A stretch of DNA of 64,000 bases from Alkalispirochaeta sp. (GCA_965242725.1 CBDESZ010000016.1:160001-224000); one strand, 5' to 3'; shown: positions 7,984 to 17,546, counted from the first letter of the stretch. Program-made: numbers and translations. The notes: generated from the letters alone by a model not told the origin.

Positions 7984-9024
7984 CTAAATATCGGCTTCTA
8001 CCAGTTGCGGAACGATGCCTTCTTCAAACCGCTCGAGGAAGACATGATACTGAGCGAGGAAATCCTGGTATACCGGATTATCCCGATCCAGTATATAACG
8101 CGTAGACAGCTCTACATACATTTTGCCGAGAACATACCGTCTCAGGGACAAGGCAGACAACGCATTGTACCGATAGTTGAGAACGACGGTCCTGTTGCGG
8201 GCGTTCATGTTGAGCAATTCCTGTCGGAGCGCTTCCCGTTCTTCTCCCTGTTCCATTTCCGTAACACGCTGGTACAGATCTTCCCGCTCGGCGCTGAACT
8301 CTTCATAGAGTTCATAGTATTCCCTGTTCCCTGCGATGAACTCATCCAATGAAGAAATCAGTGCGGCTGTTCCTTCAGAGGGTTTTTCAAGATAGCTCTT
8401 CAGCTGCTGTGCGTTCCAGTCGCTGAAGTCAATCGTCCTGCCCAACCACTCAAATTTCTCCCCCGGCGGCCCTCCGGGCGGGACTTCCACGCCTTCGTTC
8501 TGGGCGAGGCTCACCGTCTCGCCGGCGGAGGTGATGTCCACGAGGCCCGTTTCAACCAGAAAGAGACTGGCGCCGTTGGCGCCGGCGTAGACGGTGACTT
8601 CCGTGCCCCTGACGGCGGCGACGACGGAGGCGGTGCCGATGATCGGCTCCTCCCGTCCGGCAAGGCGGCGGAAGCGGTAGCCCACCGCGCCGGTGCTGTT
8701 GCTCATGACCTGGCGGCGCCGCCCGTCCCGTTCTATCTCCCGGATGGTGAAGACCGTGTCCGGATGGACGCGGATGAGGGCGGCGGCGCCCTGCTCCAGC
8801 TCCGCGTAGTCGGCCCGTCCGGTGACCACACTGTCACCGGCGCCAAGGACGCTGCCGAAGTCCAGCTGCTGTGTACCGCCCCCGGCGGTGCGGTGCTGCG
8901 GCTCCCCTTCCAGGTACGCCACCGATGTTTCCTGGGCAAGGGCGGGTGCGGCCGACAGTAACGCGAGGAGCGCGGCCATGACGAGGGCGCCCGGCGTTCG
9001 GTCTTTGATATTCAGATTATTCAT
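7984..9024 (-). CDS. FecR-domain exported protein with helical C-terminus
   Basis: GDSVVTG...AELE...IRVHPDT...AAVRGTEV...LVETGLV; signal peptide. Confidence 0.75.
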   Translation of the reverse strand: MNNLNIKDRTPGALVMAALLALLSAAPALAQETSVAYLEGEPQHRTAGGGTQQLDFGSVLGAGDSVVTGRADYAELEQGAAALIRVHPDTVFTIREIERDGRRRQVMSNSTGAVGYRFRRLAGREEPIIGTASVVAAVRGTEVTVYAGANGASLFLVETGLVDITSAGETVSLAQNEGVEVPPGGPPGEKFEWLGRTIDFSDWNAQQLKSYLEKPSEGTAALISSLDEFIAGNREYYELYEEFSAEREDLYQRVTEMEQGEEREALRQELLNMNARNRTVVLNYRYNALSALSLRRYVLGKMYVELSTRYILDRDNPVYQDFLAQYHVFLERFEEGIVPQLVEADI

Positions 9025-9503
9025 GGTCGGCCCTCCTCCGGTCCGGTGAATCCGAAGATCCGGGGCAGCGGGCGTATGCGTCCGATGTGGTCGCCGGTGA
9101 CGATGAGGAAGGTGCCGTGAGTGGTGTCGACCCGGGCGAGGCCGGGGTCGGGGGCGGCGTACTTCTCAAACCAGACGCGGGCGTCCATGGTGTCCGCAAA
9201 CTGAAGGTAGGTGGCGTCGGTGACCGGTCCCAGCTCTTCTATGGTGGCGTCGTGGAAGGTGAAACCCGCCTCCCGCAGGTTGGCCCACATCGTGCGTACG
9301 TCCGATTCCAGGATGACGATTTCGCCGTCCAGGAGGAAGGGGCGAGCGGTGAGCTCCATGAGACGGTCCGGCTCCGCCGTGTTGAGCTCCGTGATGAGCC
9401 GCTCCACCCGGTCGTCCCGCTGTGCAACGGGGACGGTGGTGCACGAGGCGGCAAGAATCGCCAGGCCCACAAGGACAACTATGACCGGTGCGTGTTTTAT
9501 CAT
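9021..9503 (-). CDS. hypothetical lipoprotein
   Basis: MIKHAPVIVVLVGLAILAASC; stop overlaps FecR start. Confidence 0.7.
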   Translation of the reverse strand: MIKHAPVIVVLVGLAILAASCTTVPVAQRDDRVERLITELNTAEPDRLMELTARPFLLDGEIVILESDVRTMWANLREAGFTFHDATIEELGPVTDATYLQFADTMDARVWFEKYAAPDPGLARVDTTHGTFLIVTGDHIGRIRPLPRIFGFTGPEEGRP

Positions 9504-9513
9504 GTTGGTCAGG

Positions 9514-9542
9514 AGCATAGACCGGCGGGGACGGCTTTTCAA
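9514..9542 (-). promoter_or_regulatory. sigma70-type promoter
   Basis: TTGAAA-17 nt-TATGCT, 10 nt before ATG 9503. Confidence 0.55.
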
Positions 9543-9597
9543 GTTTTTCCGGTCACCACGTCGCAGGTACGGTCACTTCATGGTACGATTTCCGGAA

Positions 9598-10167
9598 ATG
9601 GCGGTGGTATTCGTGCGCCTCTTCCAGGAACTCAATGAATATATTCTTCCCGCTCTTCGCCGGGAGCGCATGAAGAGGCGGTTCCCCCTTGAGGTCGAAC
9701 GTGACACGACGATCGCATCACTCCTCATGCGTCTCGGCGTGCCCCTGGCGGAAGTTGACCTGATTACCGTGGACGGCGAGTCCGTTGCACCTGACTTCAC
9801 TCCCGCCGACGGTGCGGAGGTGAACCTCTATCCCGTCTTTGAACGCTTTGATGTTGGTGGGGTGAGCCGTATCCGGTCGGCACCGCTGCGGGTGTCGCGC
9901 TTTGAGCTGGACGCCGGTCTGGAGGAGCTTGCACGTCTGCTGCGGGAGGGTGGTTTTGACGCCGAGCTTCGTACGCCCCATGACCGGCCCGGCCTTATTG
10001 AGCGCGCGCGGCGTGAACACCGGATCGTCCTGAGCCGGGACCCCGACCTGGTTCATGACGGGTCCCTGACCCACTTTATACGGATTCACGCCATCGACTC
10101 CCGGCGGCAACTGGCGGAAGTGCTGTCACGGCTGCAGCTGGATGACCACGGCTGCGTTCCGCTTTAG
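9598..10167 (+). CDS. Mut7-C ubiquitin-like/RNase (PIN) domain protein, short form
   Basis: FVRLFQELN, LGVPLAEVDLITVDGESV, LYPVFERFD, FELDAGLEELARLLR.GGFD, RIVLSRD. Confidence 0.8.
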   Translation: MAVVFVRLFQELNEYILPALRRERMKRRFPLEVERDTTIASLLMRLGVPLAEVDLITVDGESVAPDFTPADGAEVNLYPVFERFDVGGVSRIRSAPLRVSRFELDAGLEELARLLREGGFDAELRTPHDRPGLIERARREHRIVLSRDPDLVHDGSLTHFIRIHAIDSRRQLAEVLSRLQLDDHGCVPL

Positions 10168-11180
10168 GGGAAGGAGATTTCCCGGGAGTTCCTGAGTTCT
10201 CTGATTTTCTCCACCGACAACTGCGCTCCCACCTGCTGAATGATCACCTCCGCAAGGTAGACGGCCATGCGGCCCGCATGGACGGCATCGGCCCCACCCG
10301 CGAGGGCGGCGAGGAACCCCGCGGCAAACATGTCCCCCGCGCCGGTGGTATCGAGAACGTTGACGGGCCGGCCCGGTACCGTTGAGGTCCGCAGGCTCCC
10401 GCCGGTGTTTTCAATGACGACGGCGCCCTCCTTCCCCGTCTTGAGGGCGGCGATGCGGACGTGTTCTCCCAGGGCGTCCACCAGTTCCGCCGGATCTGAA
10501 GTGCCGAAGAGGATGTGAGCCTCCTTCCGGTTGGCGAAGACGATGTCCACGTCCTCCCTGAGGAGGGCGAGAAAGTCGCTGCGGTAGCGTTCCACCGCAA
10601 AGGGGTCCGCCACGTCAAAGACGACGGCCGTCCCGGCGTCCCGGGCAACGCTGATCGCCCGTCGTATCGCCGCCTTCTGCACCTCCGTATCCCACATGTA
10701 TCCGGTGAAATAGAGGAACCCTGCGGTTTTGAGAAGCTCTTCATCGAGATCTCCGACGCCGAACTCCTGACACATGCCGAGGTGGGTGTTCATCGTTCGC
10801 TCTCCGTCGGGCGTGACGAGAATGATGCTTGATCCGGTCGGACCGTGACCCATAATGAGACGGGAGGTGATGCCGTACGCTTCAACCTGCCGTGTGTAGG
10901 CTCTGCCGAACTCGTCATTGCCGATCTTCCCGCAGATCACCGCGGGCACACCGAGCCCCGCCACCGCGAGAAGGGTGTTGGGCGCCGAGCCGCCGGGACG
11001 CAGAATCGGTTCCGTCCCGCTGAAGTACGCGAGGATTTCCTCCTGCCGCGCCCGGTCCACGAGATGCATGATGCCCTTGTCCAGTGAAAGGTTTGCGAGA
11101 TCGTCGTCCTGTGCGTGAAAGACCACATCGATGAGGGGATTGCCGATCCCGAATACCGTTTGCATCGTAGTGCCGCCCAT
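10164..11180 (-). CDS. PfkB family carbohydrate/adenosine kinase
   Basis: GIGNPLID, PGGSAPN, TPDGERTM, DTTGAGDMFAAG. Confidence 0.9.
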   Translation of the reverse strand: MGGTTMQTVFGIGNPLIDVVFHAQDDDLANLSLDKGIMHLVDRARQEEILAYFSGTEPILRPGGSAPNTLLAVAGLGVPAVICGKIGNDEFGRAYTRQVEAYGITSRLIMGHGPTGSSIILVTPDGERTMNTHLGMCQEFGVGDLDEELLKTAGFLYFTGYMWDTEVQKAAIRRAISVARDAGTAVVFDVADPFAVERYRSDFLALLREDVDIVFANRKEAHILFGTSDPAELVDALGEHVRIAALKTGKEGAVVIENTGGSLRTSTVPGRPVNVLDTTGAGDMFAAGFLAALAGGADAVHAGRMAVYLAEVIIQQVGAQLSVEKIRELRNSREISFP

Positions 11181-11248
11181 TGGGTCATCCTACGTGTTTT
11201 GACGGGGGGCAACAAGTTGGTAGACTCGGACCGTCGCCGCAAAGGGCA

Positions 11249-11279
11249 ATAAAAAACCCGGTACCATGAGGCACCGGGT
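11249..11279 (-). terminator. intrinsic terminator
   Basis: ACCCGGT..ACCGGGT stem followed by T-run on minus strand, downstream of RRM operon. Confidence 0.65.
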
Positions 11280-11326
11280 AAAGTGTCAGATTTCTGCGAT
11301 TCCACGCGTCATCGCATGGCGTCGCA

Positions 11327-11563
11327 TCAGTAGGATTCGTCTTCGTCCTCGGTTTCCTCGTCGGATTCCTCGGATTCATCCTCTTCCATGAAACGACCGT
11401 CCTGAGGACCGCCGGGATTCAGATACTCCAGATAGGAGTTATCCTCTTCCGGTCCGTCACTGCCGGATGAGCGCTCGGCGCGTTCCCGTCGCTTCTGTTC
11501 TTTCTTCTTCTTTTTATTGAGCTCGCGTCTGCGTTTATCTCCGCTATAGTTATTACGCGCCAT
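11327..11563 (-). CDS. small charged hypothetical protein
   Basis: 78 aa, K/R-rich N-half, D/E-rich tail; starts 5 nt after RRM stop. Confidence 0.7.
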   Translation of the reverse strand: MARNNYSGDKRRRELNKKKKKEQKRRERAERSSGSDGPEEDNSYLEYLNPGGPQDGRFMEEDESEESDEETEDEDESY

Positions 11564-11568
11564 TCCGC

Positions 11569-11922
11569 TCAGTATGCCCCGAAATCACCGCGACCTCCGT
11601 CACGATGACCTCCGCGACCGCCGCCGTAACCGCCGCGACCGCCGCCGCGTCGACCACCGCCGCCGCCGCCTTCAGTGCGGGGTTGAGCTTCGTTTACCCG
11701 AAGGGGACGCCCGTCGAGGTCGGCGCCATTCATCCGCTCGATGGCGGTTTCCGCTGCTTCGTCGTCTTCCATTTCCACAAATCCGAAGCCACGGCTCCGA
11801 CCGGTGTCACGGTCCATTACGATCCGCGTGTCCGTTACGTTTCCGAATTCTGAGAATGCGGCGCGAAGACCTTCTTCTTCAGTCCGAAAGTTGAGATTGC
11901 CCACATAGAGCGTTTTAGCCAT
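11569..11922 (-). CDS. RRM RNA-binding protein with Gly/Arg-rich tail
   Basis: LYVGNL (RNP2), RGFGFVEM (RNP1), RGG tail; AGGAGG RBS. Confidence 0.95.
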   Translation of the reverse strand: MAKTLYVGNLNFRTEEEGLRAAFSEFGNVTDTRIVMDRDTGRSRGFGFVEMEDDEAAETAIERMNGADLDGRPLRVNEAQPRTEGGGGGGRRGGGRGGYGGGRGGHRDGGRGDFGAY

Positions 11923-12137
11923 TGATCCTTCCTCCTTGGATCGCAGGGGCTGGACAGCGGATGGTACCGGAACATACACACGACGGAACAGCGTCTAAGG
12001 CACGCCGGGGTCGCCATCAACCCCACATACAAATTTCGGTCCGTCGTGAATCGGCTATAAAATAGCTCTTCAAGCGTACCACGGGCAGTATGGGGCATTT
12101 TTTTCACCGTGACAAGTAAAATGTGATATTGTTACCC

Positions 12138-12467
12138 ATGGCCAACCAAAATCGCCGTCAGGAACCACGGTTTTACATCTCACAGCTCATAGAAATGAGT
12201 TTCGGCAAGGAACGGTGGGTCCGCGCGACCGCACTGGATATCAGCCGCCACGGTTTCAGGGGACGCCTGTCCGACGAGATCGATCCCGGATCGGCGATGT
12301 TTGTCCTCTTTCATCTGGAAGATGAGGCGGTTCAGGTCGAAGCTATCGCGATGCACGTATCCAAAAATGAGGACGGGACCACCGACGTGGGTTTTCAGTT
12401 TACCACGGTGGACGAACGCGCCCGCACGGTGCTGGATTCATTTATAGACAACCTCGCAGGGGAATAA
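12138..12467 (+). CDS. PilZ domain protein
   Basis: RRQEPR (RxxxR) and DISRHG (DxSxxG). Confidence 0.85.
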   Translation: MANQNRRQEPRFYISQLIEMSFGKERWVRATALDISRHGFRGRLSDEIDPGSAMFVLFHLEDEAVQVEAIAMHVSKNEDGTTDVGFQFTTVDERARTVLDSFIDNLAGE

Positions 12468-12487
12468 TCCGGGGCGGCGCGGGTCGG

Positions 12488-13234
12488 TCAGTTTGTCCGA
12501 TCCAACGGACCGATCTCCGTCCAGTCTCCGATCTCCCGGTCCCACTTCCATAAAAAGCGTCTCGGCATATCCTCCGATACGGTAATGGCCAGCACCGTCG
12601 CCGACGGCCGGTCCCGGAGATAGAGGAAATCGTCATCCCGGTCGTACTCCTCCAGCCGCGGCGGGAGTCCCGCATCCTGGGTGAACCACATCGCACCACC
12701 GTCGTTCCATATCATGCCCGCACCGATGCGAAAAACGGCGTTCCGCAAATTATCGCGTCTCCCGTTGTCGGCGGACGTCGCGGCAGGCGCTGCGGAGGCG
12801 ATGAGCCGCTCCCTGAGAAGCGTGGCCGGGGTAATTCCCGACATGCGCTCGATTTCCGTTCCGTCGGGCCGGAGCAGAATCACCTCGGGTAATCGCTGTA
12901 CATTCCACTCCGCCGCGGCGGGATCGGTGTCGCTGATACGCACGGCGATCCATCCGCTCCGGATGAGGGCAGTCAACCCGGCGTCACTGAGGGAGTTTTC
13001 CTCAAACCACCGGCAGGGATCGCACCATACGCCGCCGGTGATCAGAAGAAGGACCGGTCGCTCCTCCCGTTGTACCTGATCAAGGGCTGCCCGGGGATCG
13101 TTGAGCCACTCCACCGACGATGTGCTTTGTGCCGGCGTTGCCGGAGGGAAGACGACTCCGGCGACTCCCGTGATCAGGACAAAGAGGGCCACAACCACGC
13201 CGTCAGGTGTTTTCTTTTTCTGTGCTTTCTTCAT
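12488..13234 (-). CDS. exported thioredoxin-like protein
   Basis: Signal peptide, WCDPC active-site motif. Confidence 0.8.
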   Translation of the reverse strand: MKKAQKKKTPDGVVVALFVLITGVAGVVFPPATPAQSTSSVEWLNDPRAALDQVQREERPVLLLITGGVWCDPCRWFEENSLSDAGLTALIRSGWIAVRISDTDPAAAEWNVQRLPEVILLRPDGTEIERMSGITPATLLRERLIASAAPAATSADNGRRDNLRNAVFRIGAGMIWNDGGAMWFTQDAGLPPRLEEYDRDDDFLYLRDRPSATVLAITVSEDMPRRFLWKWDREIGDWTEIGPLDRTN

Positions 13235-13308
13235 CGGACCGCTGCTCCCCCAATAGTATACTCCATCGCCCGGTGCCGGCGGGGCGCCGTATTCAGAGCC
13301 CGGCGCCG

Positions 13309-13905
13309 TCAGTCCAGAGATGTCCTGCCCCGGAAGCTCCGCGCCAGGGTCAGACGATCGGCGTACTCGAGATCCCCGCCGACGGGGAGTCCCAGGGCGA
13401 GGCGGGTCACCCTGATTTCCCGCTGTTCCAGTTGTCGCGCCACGTACAGCGCCGTCGTGTCGCCTTCCACCGTGGGATTGGTGGCGATAATCACCTCGTT
13501 GACCCCTTCCGACGAAACCCGGGAGAGAAGCTCACGAATGGTCAGATCATCGGGACCGACACCCTCGATGGGGGCAATGACCCCCCCAAGTACGTGGTAG
13601 AGACCGTGGTACTCGTGACTCGCCTCGAGGGCGGCAACATCCTGCGGCTGTTCAACCACACAGATCGTCGCCCGGTCCCGTCCGGGATCGGTACAAATTG
13701 AACACGGATCGGTTTCGGTATAGCTGCCGCAGCGGGAACAGCGGATGATCGACTCGTGGAGGGTGTGAATGAGCGTCGCCAGCCGCTGGGCGTCACTTTG
13801 ATTTCCCTTCAGCAGGGCATAGGAAATTCTCGTAGCGCTCTTCTTTCCCAGTCCGGGAAGGCGGGAAATGGCCTGTATCAGCTGCTCAAGCGTGTTCAGG
13901 GCCAT
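13309..13905 (-). CDS. recR: recombination protein RecR
   Basis: LPGLGKKSA HhH, C4 zinc finger, TOPRIM ATNPTVEGD. Confidence 0.97.
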   Translation of the reverse strand: MALNTLEQLIQAISRLPGLGKKSATRISYALLKGNQSDAQRLATLIHTLHESIIRCSRCGSYTETDPCSICTDPGRDRATICVVEQPQDVAALEASHEYHGLYHVLGGVIAPIEGVGPDDLTIRELLSRVSSEGVNEVIIATNPTVEGDTTALYVARQLEQREIRVTRLALGLPVGGDLEYADRLTLARSFRGRTSLD

Positions 13906-13911
13906 GGCAGA

Positions 13912-14232
13912 TCACGTGCCGCCGAACATGCCCGGCGTGATGGGAAGTCCGCCGGTGAGGGACGAGAGGTTTTCCTGTATGGACGCCCTGATCTTGGCCA
14001 CCCCGTCGTTGTGGGCTGCGCGGATGAGGTCCTGGAGCATCTCCTTGTCGTCGGGATCGATCACTTCCGGAGCGATCTCGACATTGAGGACGGTAAACTC
14101 CCCGTTCATCTCAAGTCGGACCATGTCGCCTCCCGCCGTACCGGTGACACGGGTTTCCCGCAGTTTGCGTTGCGCCTCCTGCATCGTCTCCTGCAGCTGC
14201 CCCATATTCTTCAGCAAATCCATCGGATTCAT
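13912..14232 (-). CDS. ybaB: YbaB/EbfC nucleoid-associated protein
   Basis: GTAGGDMV, DKEMLQDLIRAAHNDG; lies between dnaX and recR. Confidence 0.95.
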   Translation of the reverse strand: MNPMDLLKNMGQLQETMQEAQRKLRETRVTGTAGGDMVRLEMNGEFTVLNVEIAPEVIDPDDKEMLQDLIRAAHNDGVAKIRASIQENLSSLTGGLPITPGMFGGT

Positions 14233-15890
14233 GATTGTTCCTCCACAATTTCGCCGCGGAAAACCTTCCGGACCATTTCCGCCTCTTCATCCACCTGCTT
14301 CGATGCTTCTTCGGGAACGTCGCGGAGGGTGGAAATCCGCACCGACAGGGTAGCCCGCTGCAGCTCATCCATCGCAGCGGCCTGGACTGAATCGCGGTCC
14401 GGCGACAGCGAGGATGCGCCGAAATCATCGGCAAAGGCAATCGTCAACGTCTCGTCGCTCAGACGCCACAGCCGGGCGCGGGCAAGCAGCGCAGCCACGC
14501 TGATTCGCTGAGTCCGAAATCGTCCGATAATCGCCTTGATCTGTTCCTGGGTTATCCCCGATGTCTCCGGGGGCAGGTCGAAATCCACCTCTTCGTCGGC
14601 TTCCTCTTCCCGGGACGCCGTCGGCGGTTCCTGACCGTCAGGGGATTGTCCCGGTTCGTCATCATTTCCATCCCGAACTGCCGACTGCGGGCCCACCTGA
14701 CGATCCGCAGGGGATGTCGAGCCTGTGCGGTGCCGGTGCGCTCCTTCATGGAGGAGTTCCTGCTGCAGGTCCCGCACCTCCTTGACGAGGCGTTGCGGTG
14801 CCATCAGTTCCAGGAGGGAACAGAGGCGGCTCACCGCCAGCTCCAAATCAAAGCGTTGATTGATGGAGTAGCGCAGATCGCGGTAGAGCTGCAGCACGAT
14901 CTCGTTGGCCTGTTCCAGCTGATACCGGTCAAAACCGGTGCGAACCGCCTCGGGAATGCGTTCCACATTGATGCCGAGAATCGCCTCCCTGGTGATGCCG
15001 TTGGCGACGAGGAGAAGAGTCCGCAGGTAGTCGGCAAGGTCTATGGTGAAGCGCTCAACGGGAACCCCCGACTGGAGGGCGTCGTCCACGATTTTCAGTG
15101 CATCCGCCGACGCACCGGAAACGATCGCCCGGGCGAGCGAGTTGAGCCGCTCGAGACCGAGAAGTCCCAACTTCTCGTGAATGATTTCAAGACGCACATG
15201 CTTGTCCGAAAAGGCGACGACCTGATCAAAAAGGGTGTAGGCGTCCCGGAGACTTCCCGTCGCCTCTCGCGCGATCCACGAGAGGGCGTCCTCATCGGCC
15301 TTGATTCCCAGATCATTGGCCGCGGCGACGAGCATGGTTCGAATATCTTCCATGGGAATGAGACGAAAATTGAACTGCTGACAACGACTGCGAATCGTCG
15401 CGGGCACTTTATGTATTTCCGTGGTGGCGAAGATGAAAATGATGTAAGGCGGCGGTTCCTCAATCGTCTTCAAGAGCGCGTTGAATGCGCTGTTGGAGAG
15501 CATGTGAACCTCGTCGATGATGTAGATCTTGTACCGGGACGAGTTGGGAGCAAAGAGCACCTCGTCCTTGATTTCCCGGACGTCGTTGACACTTGTGTTG
15601 GAGGCACCGTCGATTTCAATGACGTCCAGAGCGGTTCCCCGGGCGATCTCTTCACTCCCGGACCACTCCTCGCACCCGTCGGCATTGGGGCCGTCGGGGC
15701 AGTTGAGCGCCTTGGCGAGAATGCGGGCGGCACTTGTCTTTCCCACGCCGCGGGGTCCGGAAAAGAGAAAGGCGTGGGCGATACGGCCCGATTTGAGACT
15801 GTTTTTCAGGGTGGCAACGACAAACTCCTGACCCACGAGTTCGTCAAATCGTTTAGGTCGTCTTCGTGTCGCCGTTACTTCATAACTCAT
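14229..15890 (-). CDS. dnaX: DNA polymerase III subunit gamma/tau
   Basis: GPRGVGKT, IIDEVHML, TIRSRCQ. Confidence 0.97.
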   Translation of the reverse strand: MSYEVTATRRRPKRFDELVGQEFVVATLKNSLKSGRIAHAFLFSGPRGVGKTSAARILAKALNCPDGPNADGCEEWSGSEEIARGTALDVIEIDGASNTSVNDVREIKDEVLFAPNSSRYKIYIIDEVHMLSNSAFNALLKTIEEPPPYIIFIFATTEIHKVPATIRSRCQQFNFRLIPMEDIRTMLVAAANDLGIKADEDALSWIAREATGSLRDAYTLFDQVVAFSDKHVRLEIIHEKLGLLGLERLNSLARAIVSGASADALKIVDDALQSGVPVERFTIDLADYLRTLLLVANGITREAILGINVERIPEAVRTGFDRYQLEQANEIVLQLYRDLRYSINQRFDLELAVSRLCSLLELMAPQRLVKEVRDLQQELLHEGAHRHRTGSTSPADRQVGPQSAVRDGNDDEPGQSPDGQEPPTASREEEADEEVDFDLPPETSGITQEQIKAIIGRFRTQRISVAALLARARLWRLSDETLTIAFADDFGASSLSPDRDSVQAAAMDELQRATLSVRISTLRDVPEEASKQVDEEAEMVRKVFRGEIVEEQS

Positions 15891-15944
15891 TCGAACCTCC
15901 CGCCGACGCGTCCGGCAGCGGTACCGGGATTGCGCGAAAAAAAA

Positions 15945-16068
15945 CCCCTCCAGCTCCACCCAAGCGTTCTGCGGCACAGGCGCCGTCGCTTACCGCTGCT
16001 TCCTTCCGGATCTGACGGGGTTGGGCGACAACGACTTGCACAGGGCCCAGGCTTCAACACCGAAGGGG
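15945..16068 (-). ncRNA. ffs: signal recognition particle RNA (4.5S)
   Basis: Domain IV motif GTCAGATCCGGAAGGAAGCAGC, long closing stem, then T-run; upstream of dnaX. Confidence 0.9.
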
Positions 16069-16074
16069 CAAAAA

Positions 16075-16162
16075 CGGAGAGAGGGGGATTCGAACCCCCG
16101 GTACCCGGTTAGGGTACAAACGCTTTCCAAGCGTTCACCTTCGGCCACTCGGTCATCTCTCC
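16075..16162 (-). tRNA. tRNA-Ser(GGA)
   Basis: Cloverleaf, anticodon arm AACGC-TTGGAAA-GCGTT, long variable arm. Confidence 0.95.
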
Positions 16163-16227
16163 AGGACATGGATGCCCGCGACGGGCTTCTCATCTATACC
16201 ATCCACGGTATGGATGTGTCCATCTCA

Positions 16228-16315
16228 CGGAGAGGGAGGGATTCGAACCCTCGGTACGGACAAGCCGTACAACAGATTTCGAGTCTGCCCGATTCAACCA
16301 CTCTCGCACCTCTCC
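16228..16315 (-). tRNA. tRNA-Ser(CGA)
   Basis: Anticodon arm GCAGA-CTCGAAA-TCTGT, long variable arm. Confidence 0.95.
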
Positions 16316-16367
16316 TGTACGAATGTCCGGGGATACTACCGTGATTTACCGGGAGAAATCAATAGAG

Positions 16368-16805
16368 TCACGGTTCCGGCGTGATCGGAACGATGTCGAT
16401 TTCCTGTCGAATGGTAAGCGAATCGGTAAAATCCCACCGTTCACCGCTCCAGCGTAATGGAACGACGATCCGGGTCACCCCGTCACCGTCGGCCGTGGTG
16501 GAAAGGGAGACGGTGGCCAATGCGGAATCTCCGTCCAGAGTCACGTCGTCAATTGTCGTGGTGATGTCGCCGCCGAACTCGCGGATCCCCTGGAGCCACC
16601 CGTCGTTTTCCGCGACGAGGTCAGGCGCCAGCTCGGCTATCGTCGCCTCGTCACCATCCGCGAGCGCAGAAAAAAACGCCCGCACCGTCTGGGCTGCGAG
16701 CGTTTCCCGTTCCGCGGTATCCCGACCGTTACATGCGGTCACCGCCACGGAAAGGACGATGACCGTCAGACATAGCCGAACGATCCCGCTAGTTGTAGCT
16801 GACAA
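16368..16805 (-). CDS. hypothetical lipoprotein (possible NTF2-like fold)
   Basis: VIVLSVAVTAC lipobox; TVRAFFSALADGD; start uncertain. Confidence 0.6.
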   Translation of the reverse strand: MSATTSGIVRLCLTVIVLSVAVTACNGRDTAERETLAAQTVRAFFSALADGDEATIAELAPDLVAENDGWLQGIREFGGDITTTIDDVTLDGDSALATVSLSTTADGDGVTRIVVPLRWSGERWDFTDSLTIRQEIDIVPITPEP

Positions 16806-17175
16806 CGGTCCCGCTGATCGTCGCGGTTGCCGGTGCGTAGAGCCCAAGGGTGATACCGTTCAGGATATAGTCAATAAAGGAAGCCTCGTACTCGACCGTC
16901 ACGTTTATCGCTGCATCGCCCGATCGCCGCTGGACTTCCCGCCGTATGGCATCGTAAATCTCATCGTCCATCGCCGTGGCGGAAAGGTTGAACAGGTTTG
17001 CCCCGCCGCTTTCGCCAAGAAACTCATTGACCTTTACCGTCGTCTCAAAATCACCGAGGGGCTGCATGCTCGGCATGTCCTCAACGACCTGTAAACCTGA
17101 CATCTGAAACGTCGTACACCCCGCGATTAACGCGATAGCGCCGACAACTAAAACAGCTTGCAATGCTCGCTTCAT
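16789..17175 (-). CDS. hypothetical lipoprotein
   Basis: MKRALQAVLVVGAIALIAGC; GGGAGG RBS. Confidence 0.75.
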   Translation of the reverse strand: MKRALQAVLVVGAIALIAGCTTFQMSGLQVVEDMPSMQPLGDFETTVKVNEFLGESGGANLFNLSATAMDDEIYDAIRREVQRRSGDAAINVTVEYEASFIDYILNGITLGLYAPATATISGTVVSYN

Positions 17176-17430
17176 TGGATCCTCCCTTTCGTTTGTCCGT
17201 TTATAAGGTAGACCATCCGCGACAGAGATTCAACATTCCCGTCCGGGTCCGTCCCTCCTGTCCGGACCCTCCCGGCCGCCTTCGCCGCTAACGCGACATC
17301 CTGTCGCGTTGCGCTCCAGGTATTCGCGCCGCTGTAGGCGCGTTCCTCGCATCGGCGATTTGCCGCTGCGGTACGCGCCTTTGCTGCGTTTCGAGCCCAC
17401 TTTACCACCTGTTCCGCTCCCGGTGTCCAA

Positions 17431-17469
17431 TAAAAAAGCCGGAAGCTGTGTTTCCACAACCTCCGGCCT
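17431..17469 (-). terminator. intrinsic terminator of tRNA operon
   Basis: GGCCGGAGGTTGTG-GAAA-CACAGCTTCCGGC then TTTTTT. Confidence 0.75.
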
Positions 17470-17472
17470 TTA

Positions 17473-17546
17473 CGTGCCTAAGTGGACTCGAACCACCGAC
17501 CTTTAGATCCGCAATCTAACGCTCTATCCAACTGAGCTATAGGCAC
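17473..17546 (-). tRNA. tRNA-Arg(GCG)
   Basis: Anticodon arm TTAGA-TTGCGGA-TCTAA. Confidence 0.93.

Noticed and set aside
14646..16112. 488-aa plus-strand ORF, and similar long antisense ORFs at 41152..42540, 44632..45777, 51812..53581 and 60674..62629
   Set aside because: Shadow frames opposite well-supported genes in GC-rich DNA; no recognisable motifs.
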